From contig CAWDFP010000007.1 of NCBI GenBank assembly GCA_963801605.1, forward strand, positions 128,001 to 192,000: DNA of 64,000 bases. The letters run 5' to 3'. A program made the translations under genes and the position numbers. The notes beneath the pieces are model-generated. The model was not told the DNA's origin. It saw only the letters and a program-made list of their open reading frames with translations, and ran no database searches. Of the stretch, positions 53,512-64,000 are shown piece after piece (position 1 is the first letter of the stretch; each line of letters opens with the position of its first letter). The DNA is from an uncultured candidate division Zixibacteria bacterium. Its GTDB lineage: Bacteria > Zixibacteria > MSB-5A5 > UBA10806.

Positions 53512-54885
53512 TTATCTCTCAGCGAATCGAAATGAACGTTCAAAGACCTGGCCGGAGCGGCGGTCAAGCGTATATTCGCCTTTATATTTTTTTTCGATAA
53601 TCGACAGGAGAACCTTAAAGAAGCTATCGATCTCTGCCTTAGTATTATAGATACCAAATGAAACCCGCACCAGCCCGGGGACCTCGGAACGGTCTCCCTT
53701 ATTAATCTGGTCGCGATAAATATGCGATTTTTTATCAGTAATATTCATGAGCCTCTGAATATAAGGATGAGCGCAGAAACATCCATTACGGACAGCGATG
53801 GCGCCCTCATAGCTTAAAATTGCAGCGACCCTAGCGTGATATTCATCATTTACATTAAATGAGATAACGCCGACACGATCTTTTTCGCGGTCCCATTTGT
53901 TAGGGCCGTACAGAGTTATACCATCAAGCATAGCGAATCTTTTAAGCGCATATTTGGTTAGTTCTCTCTCATGCGCGGCTATATTGGCAAAACCAACGTC
54001 GTTGAAAAAATCGATGGCTGCCGAAAGAGCCACTGCGCCGGGGACATTGGGGCTACCGGCCTCTTCTTTATCAGGTAGATGCGCCCATTGAACCTCGGAT
54101 AACGTGACATAGTTAACCGTGCCGCCGCCCACGACATCAGGATCGCCAATTTTGAAGACGCTTTTGGGGCCGATTAGGACGCCGGTGCCAAAAGGAGCGT
54201 ACATCTTATGCCCCGAAAACGCGATATAATCTATAGAATCTTCCTGGCCGGGTTTGCCCATTCTAATTTTTCTATGAGGCGCAAGCTGAGCGGCATCAAG
54301 CATAAACTTTGCGCCGGCTCTATGAGTCAGAGAAGCTATATTGTCAATCGGCGGCATAACACCGGTTACATTGGAGGCACCGGAAATTGCGACCAGCTTT
54401 ACCTGGCGGCCATATTTTGTCAGTTTGGCTTTAAGATCATCGAGATCGAGATAACCATCATTATCAATCTCAACATGAATGGTGCGGGCCTGCATTCTCC
54501 AGGGTAAATCGTTGGAGTGATGCTCCATCAAGCTGGAAAGTACGATATCATTTTTTGTAAGCATCAGCCGATGTGCGAGCTTATTAATCCCCTCGGTAGT
54601 GTTGTGAACGAAGATGCAAGTAAAATGATGCGGATCAGCCCCCACGAACGCCAGCGTGTTCTCATGGGCGGCATCATAAGCGCGAGTGGAGATTACCGAC
54701 TTATATCCGGTGCCCCGATGAACCGAGGAATAATAATCCTTGAACTGATCGAGTTTTTTCCAAACTGATTTTAAGGGAGGCGTGGAGGCGGCATTATCGA
54801 AATTAATATATCGTTTTGTGCCTCCGATTACCGGCACATCGATATTAACCCCCGCCACGGCGTTGCGAAAATTATAGTTTTTCAT
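53512..54885 (-). CDS. Class V PLP aminotransferase (cysteine desulfurase-like)
   Basis: NFDNAAST, EHHSN, DAAQ, SGHKMYAP, RNGCFCA. Confidence 0.9.
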   Translation of the reverse strand: MKNYNFRNAVAGVNIDVPVIGGTKRYINFDNAASTPPLKSVWKKLDQFKDYYSSVHRGTGYKSVISTRAYDAAHENTLAFVGADPHHFTCIFVHNTTEGINKLAHRLMLTKNDIVLSSLMEHHSNDLPWRMQARTIHVEIDNDGYLDLDDLKAKLTKYGRQVKLVAISGASNVTGVMPPIDNIASLTHRAGAKFMLDAAQLAPHRKIRMGKPGQEDSIDYIAFSGHKMYAPFGTGVLIGPKSVFKIGDPDVVGGGTVNYVTLSEVQWAHLPDKEEAGSPNVPGAVALSAAIDFFNDVGFANIAAHERELTKYALKRFAMLDGITLYGPNKWDREKDRVGVISFNVNDEYHARVAAILSYEGAIAVRNGCFCAHPYIQRLMNITDKKSHIYRDQINKGDRSEVPGLVRVSFGIYNTKAEIDSFFKVLLSIIEKKYKGEYTLDRRSGQVFERSFRFAER

Positions 54886-54919
54886 AGTGAACTAAAATAA
54901 CCCTCGGCGGGGTCACTAA

Positions 54920-56335
54920 TCAAGGCTTTTTAGGCAGATCGTAGCGTTCAATTTTCCTATAGAGGGTAGACAGGTCTATTCCCAGTATTTTGGCGGTCTG
55001 GCTTTTATTCCATCCGGTCTGGGCCAAAGTATAGTAGATATATGCTTTTTCCATCACCTCGAGATCGGGTCCTACGGCAATTCCGGGTTCGCCAACTGTT
55101 GCGGTATTATTGGCATTGCGAATTTCCTCCGGGAGGTCCTCGGAATCAATAATATCTCCGTGAGCCAGCATGACTGTGCGTTCCAGAAGATTTTCCAGTT
55201 GCCTGACATTCCCCGGCCAGGAGTAGGATTTTAGCAGTTCCATTGCCGCGGCGCTAAAATATTTATCAGGCAAATCAAGCTTGGCGGCGTGACGTCGAGT
55301 AAAGTGAATTGCCAGCAATTCGATATCATCAATTCGTTCGCGAAGCGGCGGGATATTAATGCTGAAAACGTTGAGACGATAAAAAAGATCGGCCCTGAAG
55401 GCGCCATGATCCACCCGCTCCTGAAGATTGGCGTTTGTAGCGGCGATCAGACGGACATCGGCAGCCAGGGCTTTGGTCGCTCCCAGCGGAGTATACTCTT
55501 TTTCTTCGAGAACCCGAAGAAGCTTGGCCTGGATCGCCGGGCTGGTTTCGCTGATTTCGTCAAGAAAGAAAGTACCATCGGTCGCGGCGGCGAATAAGCC
55601 GGTTTTATCTTTAATCGCACCGGTAAATGAGCCTCTCATGTGCCCGAATAGTTCCGATTCGAGAAGCGTTTCGGGGAGGGCGGCGCAATTGAGCGATAGG
55701 AATTGGGCGGAATTTCGTCTGCTTTCAGCGTGAATGGCCCGCGCTAAAACCTCTTTGCCGGTTCCCGATTCGCCGGAAATGAGCACGGTGATATCGGAAC
55801 TGGCAGCTCTGGCAGCAAGGCGTTTAATTTCGATAATACTTGGTGAACTTCCAATAAAAGATTCGAAACCGGTGGTCAGGTTTTCTTTAAGAACCGTGTT
55901 CTGCTTTTTAAGAAGACGCTGCTCGATTCCGTTTTTTATGGCGATTTTAATTTCATCGATCTTAAAAGGCTTGGTGATATAATCAAAAGCGCCGCTCTTA
56001 AGCGCCTCGACAGCGGTATCGATTGAGCCGAAAGCGGTCATCACTATGAAATCGAGGTCGGGATCGGCCTTATGCCCCATTCTTAAGAGCTCCAGACCCG
56101 ACATTTCAGGCATCATCAGGTCTGTTATTACCAGGTTAAACCGTTTACCCGCATCTCTGGCGTTTTGCTTTAGCTCCTGAAGGGCCAATTTGGGCGACGT
56201 GCGGGTTTCGACTGAGTAGCCCTCTTTGACGAGCATAATCCGCAGAAATTCGCACATACTGGTCTCATCATCGACCACCATAATGCGGGTTTGGACCAGT
56301 TGACCCTTTTGAGTCTGGATACTTGTTTTTATCAT
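54920..56335 (-). CDS. Sigma54-dependent response regulator (NtrC family)
   Basis: Receiver domain (VVDDE, DLMMP), GESGTGKE, GSFTGA, WPGNVRQL, Fis-type HTH. Confidence 0.95.
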   Translation of the reverse strand: MIKTSIQTQKGQLVQTRIMVVDDETSMCEFLRIMLVKEGYSVETRTSPKLALQELKQNARDAGKRFNLVITDLMMPEMSGLELLRMGHKADPDLDFIVMTAFGSIDTAVEALKSGAFDYITKPFKIDEIKIAIKNGIEQRLLKKQNTVLKENLTTGFESFIGSSPSIIEIKRLAARAASSDITVLISGESGTGKEVLARAIHAESRRNSAQFLSLNCAALPETLLESELFGHMRGSFTGAIKDKTGLFAAATDGTFFLDEISETSPAIQAKLLRVLEEKEYTPLGATKALAADVRLIAATNANLQERVDHGAFRADLFYRLNVFSINIPPLRERIDDIELLAIHFTRRHAAKLDLPDKYFSAAAMELLKSYSWPGNVRQLENLLERTVMLAHGDIIDSEDLPEEIRNANNTATVGEPGIAVGPDLEVMEKAYIYYTLAQTGWNKSQTAKILGIDLSTLYRKIERYDLPKKP

Positions 56336-56556
56336 CTAATGCCTAATATATAAGTCGGTTGAAATGCCGGGGGCCTTTAGCTGGAATCAGGACCAAAAAG
56401 TGATAATAATTGAGCGCAAAAGGCTCCCTTAAAATGTGTTATAGACGTTATAAGTTCCTTTATAAAGTTTAAAGCAAAAAAATCGAAGTTAAAATATTGG
56501 GAATGTTTGGTTAAGCCAATCAGGAGGCTTTTTGATTTAATCCTGTTGTGAAAATT

Positions 56557-57636
56557 CTATTCGCTTATTTCGAGCATCCGCTCCAACGCAATCCTGGCAT
56601 CAGATTTGATTTTATCATCGATCTGAACCTGCGCTATCTGATCGAGGTTTTCGACAGTATAGCAGAGATCGGCCAACGAGGTTCTAAACATGTTTGAGCA
56701 AATGGCGCACGATTCGCCCGAAAGTTCGAAAATATTCTTATCCTTATGAATTCGCGCTAAACGTGAAACCAGATTAAGTTCAGTTCCGATTGCAATAGTT
56801 GAACCGGACTGGGCGCTTTCGACAAATTTTACTATAAAGGCAGTTGAGCCCATGGCGTCAGCGGCTTCTACTACCTCCGTGCGGCACTCGGGATGAACCA
56901 CTATCTTAACATCAGGCTCCCGCGCCCGCCAATCATCGACATGCTCTTTGGTGAACTTGGTATGAACGTAACAATACCCCGGCCAGAGGATAATTTTGAC
57001 CCGTCGATAAGTATCTGTATTAATTCCGCCGTTAAGTATTTGCGGTTGATATAAGCATATTTGATCTTCCGAAAATCCCATTCGTCGGGCGGTATTTCGT
57101 CCCAAATGCTGATCGGGAAAGAAAAAGAGCTTGTCGCCGCGTTCTAACGCCCATTTGAAGGCAGCCTCGGCGTTTGACGATGTGCAAATTAGACCGTCAT
57201 TTCGGCCGGTAAACGCTTTCAACTCGGTAGATGTGTTCATGTAAGAAATGGGTATAACCTTTGAATCCGGATTCAATTTGGCGATCAAGTCCCAGGCATC
57301 ATTAACTTGTTCATCTGAGGCCATATCGGCCATCGGGCATCCCGCCAGCGGATTGGGAAGATATACCTTTTGTTCGGGACGGCAGAGCGTGCGGGCAGCC
57401 TCGGCCATGAATCGCACTCCACAGAAGACGATATATTCGGCATCAGGTAGTTTGGAGGCTATTCGAGAAAGCCCGTACGAATCGCCGATATGATCGCCGA
57501 GTGCGACAATTTCAAAACGCTGATAGTGATGAGTCAACACTACCAGGCGCCGGCCCAGCTGCTTCTTAACCGTTTGGATTCGCGCAGTCAGCTCATCATC
57601 GCCGGCTGCGCGATAGCTTTCGGGAATGGATGACAT
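56557..57636 (-). CDS. nadA: Quinolinate synthase
   Basis: HHYQ, FCGVRFMAE, AGCPMA, VHPEC, GTE. Confidence 0.95.
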   Translation of the reverse strand: MSSIPESYRAAGDDELTARIQTVKKQLGRRLVVLTHHYQRFEIVALGDHIGDSYGLSRIASKLPDAEYIVFCGVRFMAEAARTLCRPEQKVYLPNPLAGCPMADMASDEQVNDAWDLIAKLNPDSKVIPISYMNTSTELKAFTGRNDGLICTSSNAEAAFKWALERGDKLFFFPDQHLGRNTARRMGFSEDQICLYQPQILNGGINTDTYRRVKIILWPGYCYVHTKFTKEHVDDWRAREPDVKIVVHPECRTEVVEAADAMGSTAFIVKFVESAQSGSTIAIGTELNLVSRLARIHKDKNIFELSGESCAICSNMFRTSLADLCYTVENLDQIAQVQIDDKIKSDARIALERMLEISE

Positions 57637-57881
57637 TACATCTCAGTCATAAAGGATCTATCGAGTTCTTTCTGGATTAAATCCTCATGTTTGTGTTCCT
57701 CAGCGGCCAAAAACTCAAACATCTTCTTGGCGCCGGGGTGAGAAACTACTTTGGCACATTCCTCATAGAATTTACGCGCCCTGATTTCTTGCTTGAGCGC
57801 CATTCTGACAGCTTCGGCCGGAGATGTGCTCTTATCAACCTTCAACTCAAAAGCGCCTTCGCCCTGCTTATCGTTTGTCAT
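57636..57881 (-). CDS. Short ferritin-like (half rubrerythrin) protein
   Basis: ALKQE...FY...LAAEEHKH: a single helix pair with E and ExxH ligands. Confidence 0.8.
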   Translation of the reverse strand: MTNDKQGEGAFELKVDKSTSPAEAVRMALKQEIRARKFYEECAKVVSHPGAKKMFEFLAAEEHKHEDLIQKELDRSFMTEM

Positions 57882-57905
57882 ATTTTTCTCCTTTAGATAA
57901 TGATT

Positions 57906-58839
57906 TTAAATCAATTTAAGAGCATTCTTCACGGCAATTCTGGCCTCATAGATTCCGGTCGACAGGAGCTTAATTTTCCCCGGGTAATAAGCGATATCCC
58001 CCACTGCATAAACTCGTTTCAAGCTGGTTTGCATTCGAGGATCAACCTTAATCTGTCCCCCCATCATCTCGATTCCGAAATTCGAATAAAGGGTTTGCCG
58101 GGGCTGCATGTCCACCAGCGAAATGATTATATCGACGCCGCTGGAGCGTTCCTCGGCGCTGTCCTTATTGCTTATTACGAGACATTCAGGAGTCTTCACA
58201 CCAGTAACAGCCTTCACTACCCAGGGCGCGGCGATAACCTCAGTATCAGGCTTAATATCAGGGAATTTCTCATTCAGAAAATGCGGGAGAATCGCACACC
58301 CACGTGAAGGTAGGCGCAATTTTTAGGATATCCTCGGGAATCGCAGGCGGAGTTGATTGGCTGGTAATTACTGCGACCCTTTTCCCTTTGAGATCATCAG
58401 CTTTTGGCCAGTTTTCATAGATACCGGAGCCATTCCATTCGCTAATTTTAATCCTATCTATCAGGGTTGAATAGTAAGCGCGTAAACCGGAAGCTATCAC
58501 AACAGTAGATGAATAATATTCGTCTTTATTGGTAGTGACGATAACGGTACTTTTGCTGCCTGGTTTTATATCGCTGACATATTCTCCCAGGCGGGCCTTC
58601 ATCCCATAGGTTTTTGCCTTTTGAGCTAAATCCGTAACTAGATCCCGTCCCTTTATAATCTGGATTCCCGGAAAATTGTAAACGTCCTTATCCGGATACA
58701 CAGCCTGCATAATGCCGCCAAGGTGCAGGCGAGATTCAATAAGGTAGCACATCGCCCCGAGTTCGCTGGCGGCTCCAGCGGCATAAAGACCAACCGGCCC
58801 CCCGCCTATTATAGTTATATCGAAAATATCAGAATTCAA
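57906..58839 (-). CDS. TrxB-type ferredoxin-NADP reductase-like flavoprotein (frameshift near 58280)
   Basis: DITIIGGGPVG, GG..YPDK..Y, YAVGDIAYYPGKIKLL. Confidence 0.8.
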
Positions 58840-58917
58840 TCGCGCCTCGCCGAAATTGCAGATTTTTTAAATAACATCGAACGTTGGTAATACTATCTCG
58901 ATGACTTTAGGGTTCCG

Positions 58918-59028
58918 CTAATCTAATTCGACGAAATCATCCTGTTTGGCGCCGCAATTAGGGCATACTATTGGAGGAGTCATGCCCTCGTGAATATGGC
59001 CGCATATGGTGCAAATCCATTTTTTCAT
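58918..59028 (-). CDS. Stand-alone short rubredoxin-like protein, 36 aa, absent from the ORF track
   Basis: Manual translation MKKWICTICGHIHEGMTPPIVCPNCGAKQDDFVELD; TAATG coupling to the upstream gene. Confidence 0.9.
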   Translation of the reverse strand: MKKWICTICGHIHEGMTPPIVCPNCGAKQDDFVELD

Positions 59029-59528
59029 TACTCCTCCATCATGGCGGAATCGTTTATCGAGAACCAGTAAAGATCTCCGGAGAGAGCGGCCTTTTCCGAT
59101 ACCAGATAATTAAAATGGCCATCCTCTTCTTGCTCCAGCTCTTCGAAAATCATCCTGGTCTTGTTGTCGGTGGCAATAGCGGCGCCGCGTTGATAGAATT
59201 TGGCAGACGTGGTTTCGGCCTCGATAGCCATATCCAGGACGCCCAAAACCTGGGTACGATTGTCAACCTGGAGTGCGGCTATGGCTTTGATGATATCGGG
59301 CACACCTCTAACGGGTAGATTTTGGGGCTCTTTACCAAGCATCTTCCGATAGAGACCTTCCATTATATCCCGATGCTTGGCCTCATCGTTTGCGAGTCCT
59401 TCGATCCGTTTTTTAACCACTGGATTGGATATTTTTTCCGAAAGGTTCTGATAGAACCTGTTGCCCATGATCTCCGTGGTAACTGCAACGCCCAGGATTT
59501 CCTCTATGGTCATCTTTTCAATTTGCAT
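59028..59528 (-). CDS. Ferritin-like/rubrerythrin diiron domain protein
   Basis: Two helix pairs with E...FY and DEAKH / EEDGH motifs. Confidence 0.88.
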   Translation of the reverse strand: MQIEKMTIEEILGVAVTTEIMGNRFYQNLSEKISNPVVKKRIEGLANDEAKHRDIMEGLYRKMLGKEPQNLPVRGVPDIIKAIAALQVDNRTQVLGVLDMAIEAETTSAKFYQRGAAIATDNKTRMIFEELEQEEDGHFNYLVSEKAALSGDLYWFSINDSAMMEE

Positions 59529-59659
59529 CTATCCGCCCTTTCATAGTTTCCTATTTCGATTCAACCCCAACGAATTGCCTTAATATGAAAATCCAGCTTC
59601 GATTAGTCAAGGAGGAACAAAATCAGGGACAGGCGAGGTTATGATATATTAGAGGCGTT

Positions 59660-60443
59660 ATGGCGAAAATATATATTGGCACATCAGGCTGGAGCTATAA
59701 AGATTGGGAAGGTAATTTCTATCCCGAGGATATTAAGCCGAAGGATTACCTGGCCTATTATTCGCAACAATTCAATAGCGTGGAAATTGATTCCTCTTTT
59801 TATGGAATCCCCCGTCGCAGCGCCGTGGAAAGCTGGTATAAGATGGTTCCCAAGGAATTCAAATTCGCTCCCAAATTTCCTCAAGATATCACCCATAAAT
59901 CCGATTTAACCGGTATCGAAGACAAACTTTCAGCGTTTCTAAGCGCCATGGAGCTTCTTAAAGAAAAGTTAGGACCTCTTTTGATTCAATTTCCATATTC
60001 ATTTAAGCCCGAACTATCGGATAATCTGAGCAGGTTTTTAAGGCAGCTTCCCAAAGAATTCGATTATATCGTTGAGATTCGAAATCGCAAGTGGTTGGGC
60101 GAGAAATTTTATGAGATGCTTAGAAAAGATGGGATCGGATTAGCGCTCATCGAACATCCCTGGATGCCGCGGTTGAATGTGATAACATCAAATACTCTTT
60201 ATGTGCGGTTCCTGGGAGATCGTAAAATACATCAAGGATGATTTTTCGCATGTACAGATCGATCGCACTGAAAATCTGGATCAGTGGCAGAAAATGATAT
60301 TAGTACTCGAAGAAAAGGCCAACGATTTTTACGGCTATTTCAATAACCATTATTCCGGTTACGCGCCCGCCACCGCTAAATATTTCAAGGATTTACTGAC
60401 TGCCGCGCCGAACCCATCAGAATCTAAAATCGCTCTCAGATAG
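59660..60443 (+). CDS. DUF72 family protein (frameshift in an A run near 60226)
   Basis: IGTSGWSY, VEIDSSFY, LIQFP, YFNNHY. Confidence 0.92.
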
Positions 60444-60590
60444 ATTCGTTTGAATCTGTTATTGTTAGTAATCATCACTATTGTTGAAATCAATTTTATA
60501 TCATATATTATTAAAGCGATTAGCCGGTTAAAATCAGGCTTTCGCGATAATTCGCTGATTTGGTTATTAAATGGTTTGGAATAGAATTAA

Positions 60591-61526
60591 ATGTCAATCT
60601 TAGAAAAATTTAAATCCGGTGATCCTGTGGCGTTAGCTCGGATTATCTCGCATATCGAAAACCGAGGGCCGGAAACCGAAAAGATATTGGCTGAGATTTA
60701 CCCCAAAACCGGTCATGCTCATACTGTAGGAATTACAGGTCCGCCCGGCGCCGGTAAATCAAGTATCGTCGATAAGCTATGCGCTCTCTACCTGGAGCGT
60801 GGGGAGACGGTTGGTATTATTGCAGTCGATCCCTCCTCCCCTTTTACCGGGGGGGCGCTATTGGGCGATCGTATTCGAATGCAGGACCTGGCTGTGAATC
60901 CGAATGTCTTCATTCGCAGCATGGCAACCCGCGGCTCAACCGGCGGCCTGGCATTAGCAACTACCGAAGTCATCCGGGCTTTAGATGCTTTTGGTAAAGA
61001 TATTATTCTGGTGGAAACCGTGGGCGTCGGACAGGTAGAGCTCGATGTGGCCGAGGCCTGCGATACGACTATCGTGGTGCTGGTACCGGAATCCGGCGAT
61101 TCGATCCAGGCGATGAAAGCCGGCCTGATGGAGATTGCTGATATATTCGTGGTTAATAAATCGGATCGCGAAGGCGCCCAGCGGCTTGTTTCCGAGCTTA
61201 ATATGATGGTCGATGTCAAGCGGGATAAGTCGGGCCGTGATTTGCCGGTGGTTTCCACGCAGGCCACGAATAATATCGGTTTGACGGATTTATTGGCTAA
61301 AATTGACTCCGAATATGAACGGCTTAAAACCGGTGACAATTTTCAAATACATCGCAAGAAAATGATTCGTTATGACATTATTAAAACCCTGGAACACCGC
61401 TTTAAGAGTCGTCTCCTGGATGAAATTTTACCGAACCAGAAGCTCGATGAAATTGTAGATAAGATATATGCCGGACAGGGCAATCCTTACGACCTGGCTC
61501 AGAATTTAATAGATAACCTTAAGTGA
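60591..61526 (+). CDS. meaB: Acyl-CoA mutase-associated GTPase MeaB/ArgK
   Basis: GITGPPGAGKS, AVDPSSPFTGGALLGDRIRM, ETVGVGQ. Confidence 0.96.
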   Translation: MSILEKFKSGDPVALARIISHIENRGPETEKILAEIYPKTGHAHTVGITGPPGAGKSSIVDKLCALYLERGETVGIIAVDPSSPFTGGALLGDRIRMQDLAVNPNVFIRSMATRGSTGGLALATTEVIRALDAFGKDIILVETVGVGQVELDVAEACDTTIVVLVPESGDSIQAMKAGLMEIADIFVVNKSDREGAQRLVSELNMMVDVKRDKSGRDLPVVSTQATNNIGLTDLLAKIDSEYERLKTGDNFQIHRKKMIRYDIIKTLEHRFKSRLLDEILPNQKLDEIVDKIYAGQGNPYDLAQNLIDNLK

Positions 61527-61534
61527 GGTATAAG

Positions 61535-63195
61535 ATGGATAAATCAAAAAAGGGGCAATCGGAATCTTTCGCCAGGTGGCAAAAGGAATTTGAAGGATCA
61601 TCCCCGGATAAAAATAAAAAATTCATGACGGTATCATCAAAACCGATTAAGCCGTTATATACACCCGACGATATTTCCAAAAACGATTTCGATCGCGATA
61701 TCGGTTACCCCGGCCAATATCCTTACACCGAGGAGTGCATGCCTCGATGTATCGCAGGAAAATGTGGACAATGCGGCAGTTTTCCGGATTCGGAGCGCCC
61801 CGGCAAACCAACGAACGCTATCATTTTCTGCTAAAGCAGGGTCAGATGGGCCTTTCGGTGGCGTTTGACCTTCCCACGCTGATGGGGTACGATTCCGATT
61901 CGAATCGAGCGGTTGGCGAGGTCGGTGTTTGCGGCGTGGCGGTCGATACTCTCAAAGATATGGAGATCATTTTCGATGGTATCGATCTCTCCAAGATTTC
62001 AACATCGATGACAATCAACTGCACATCGACGATTGCGCTGGCAATGTATATCGTGGTTGGAGAAAAGCAGAAGGTAGCATCGCAAAAACTCACAGGCACG
62101 CTTCAGAACGATATCTTAAAAGAATACATCGCTCAAAAGGAATGGATATACCCGCCGGAACCGTCGATAAGACTCATTACCGACATGATGGCTTTCTGCG
62201 CCGCGCACGTTCCCAAATGGAATACGATTTCGATTTCCGGTTATCATATCCGTGAGGCTGGAGCTACGGCGGCTCAGGAATTGGCTTTCACTCTGGCTGA
62301 TGGTTTCGCTTATGTTGAGGCGGCTATCAAGACTGGTATGGATGTCGATACTTTTGCCCCGAGGTTGTCATTTTTCTTCAACTCTCATCTCGATTTTTTC
62401 GAGGAGATAGCCAAGTACCGAGCCGCCAGACGAATCTGGGCCCGCCACATGAAAGAACGATATAAAGCCAAAGATGAACGTTCCTGGCTGATGAGATTTC
62501 ACACTCAAACTGCGGGTTGCTCTCTTACCGCCCAACAACCGGAAAATAATATCATGCGCACCGCATTTCAGGCACTGGCCGGTGTTTTGGGCGGCACGCA
62601 ATCGCTGCATACCAATTCGATGGACGAAACCTATGCTCTTCCCACCGAACATGCAGTCAAACTGGCGCTGCGGACTCAGCAATTGATCGCTTATGAGACG
62701 GGTGTGGCAAATACCATTGACCCCTTGGCAGGTTCTTATTTTGTAGAGGCACTAACCAACGAGCTCGAAGCCGAAGCCGAGAGATATTTTGACGAGATCG
62801 AAAAGCGCGGCGGGGTGCTCAAATGTATCGACCAGGGATATTTCCAGCGAGAAATCGCCGATGCCGCCTACAAGTATCAGAAAGAAATCGAGAAAAAGGA
62901 ACGGATAATTGTAGGCGTTAACGAATTTGTCGAGGAAAAAGCGGCGGAGATACCGATATTAAAAATCGATCAACAGGTGGAGGTCGATCAGATCGCGGCT
63001 CTTAAGAAAATCAAAGAAAATCGTGATAATGACCGCGTAAAAACAACTCTATCGGCGCTCAAGAAAGCTGCAGAGGCCGGTGAGAATCATATGCCGCCGC
63101 TTCTCGATTGTATCCGCTGTTATACGACCGAAGAAGAAATCACTACAGTTCTGGCCAATGTCTTTGGCACCTATACCGAACCTCCTCTTATTTAG
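61535..63195 (+). CDS. B12-dependent acyl-CoA mutase large subunit, isobutyryl-CoA mutase (IcmA)-like (frameshift near 61730)
   Basis: PGQYPYT(R)[33 protein letters not shown]; no B12-binding domain. Confidence 0.88.
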
Positions 63196-63215
63196 GTCAG
63201 TTCAAGATTAATCCT

Positions 63216-63246
63216 AACGCCGGAAATAATTTATTCCGGCGTTTTA
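63216..63246 (+). terminator. Intrinsic terminator
   Basis: AACGCCGGAA...TTCCGGCGTT-TTT. Confidence 0.7.
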
Positions 63247-63423
63247 TTATATCAAAAAAAAGGATAATCCCGCGTGAGACTTTCAGCATCATATATTCAA
63301 GCGGGACTACATGGCATCCCGTATCTTTATTATTATGAACATCTTACGCCTTAAAAGTAACGTATTGGTATTTTCAATTCAAAATTCTTGACAAGAATGC
63401 GTTTGACGTTATATTATTTTCGT

Positions 63424-63858
63424 ATGAAAGTTAAGATTGCCCTTACGATTCTGCTAAGCCTGGTTGTACTGATTAGCTGCTCACATAACAAAGTTAATAA
63501 TTCGACCCCCAATCAACCGCCGGTTCCCCAGGGGGGACGCGTTTCCATTCTCAACAACAGTGATGTATCTATCAGGATTGCCGGCTATACTCAGCAGAGG
63601 GGCAGTCAAATACAACAAGTTCAGCTTTGGGTGCATATCTTCCCAAACCAGGATTTTATTTTACATAATATTATTGATCCCGGTCAAAGCCAGATCTTTC
63701 CCGGCGGAGATAAATTGACCGTGGTTTACGTTGCTGACGAGCGCGATCCCAATAACCCGGGACAACCGTTGTTCCAGCAAACAGTGGTACTCACAGTCGA
63801 CGGCAATTTGCTTATTCATGTCAAAAATGGCGGCCTGTACGGAATAATGCCGGGCTGA
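63424..63858 (+). CDS. Hypothetical lipoprotein
   Basis: Signal peptide with lipobox LISC; beta-rich mature part. Confidence 0.65.
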   Translation: MKVKIALTILLSLVVLISCSHNKVNNSTPNQPPVPQGGRVSILNNSDVSIRIAGYTQQRGSQIQQVQLWVHIFPNQDFILHNIIDPGQSQIFPGGDKLTVVYVADERDPNNPGQPLFQQTVVLTVDGNLLIHVKNGGLYGIMPG

Positions 63859-64000
63859 TTTCTATTCTCCTTAACAAATTAATATTTCCCATATTTAATT
63901 ATAATCGATTTTGTATTGCGGCTGTTTGCCACGGCGGCTAATTTTTAAGCTTGTTTTTACGGCGTCCATATTGCAAATTAGAATACGAACTGTTATATTT

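Overview
Bacterial chromosomal segment, mostly housekeeping genes. The lineage is probably FCB-associated, such as candidate Zixibacteria. That is inferred from a Bacteroidota-type bS22 and from secreted proteins with PNPFN-type C-terminal domains. The window appears to span the replication terminus: a 28-bp Xer dif site at 20448-20475 sits exactly where the predominant gene orientation flips from + to -. Left arm: hsp20-hsp20-dnaK-dnaJ plus a clpB relic behind a sigma54/IHF-type promoter, then dtd-maf-rodZ-like-smc-ftsY-yjbQ and a GH57. Right arm: leuS, proS, rimP-nusA-infB-DUF503-rbfA-DHH-truB-ribF-rpsO-pnp-M16, three tRNAs, HU/bS22, sppA, mltD, miaA-mutL, an NtrC-type regulator, nadA with a ferritin/rubredoxin/FNR cluster, and meaB with an isobutyryl-CoA-mutase-like gene. 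About 20 single-base frameshifts, including two in essential leuS, are most likely assembly errors. The most unusual non-coding signals are heptamer tandem repeats attached to the 3' ends of both tRNA-Arg genes and bracketing a four-helix-bundle gene, and a stack of different REP-like palindromes. No CRISPR array, rRNA, transposase or integrase was seen.
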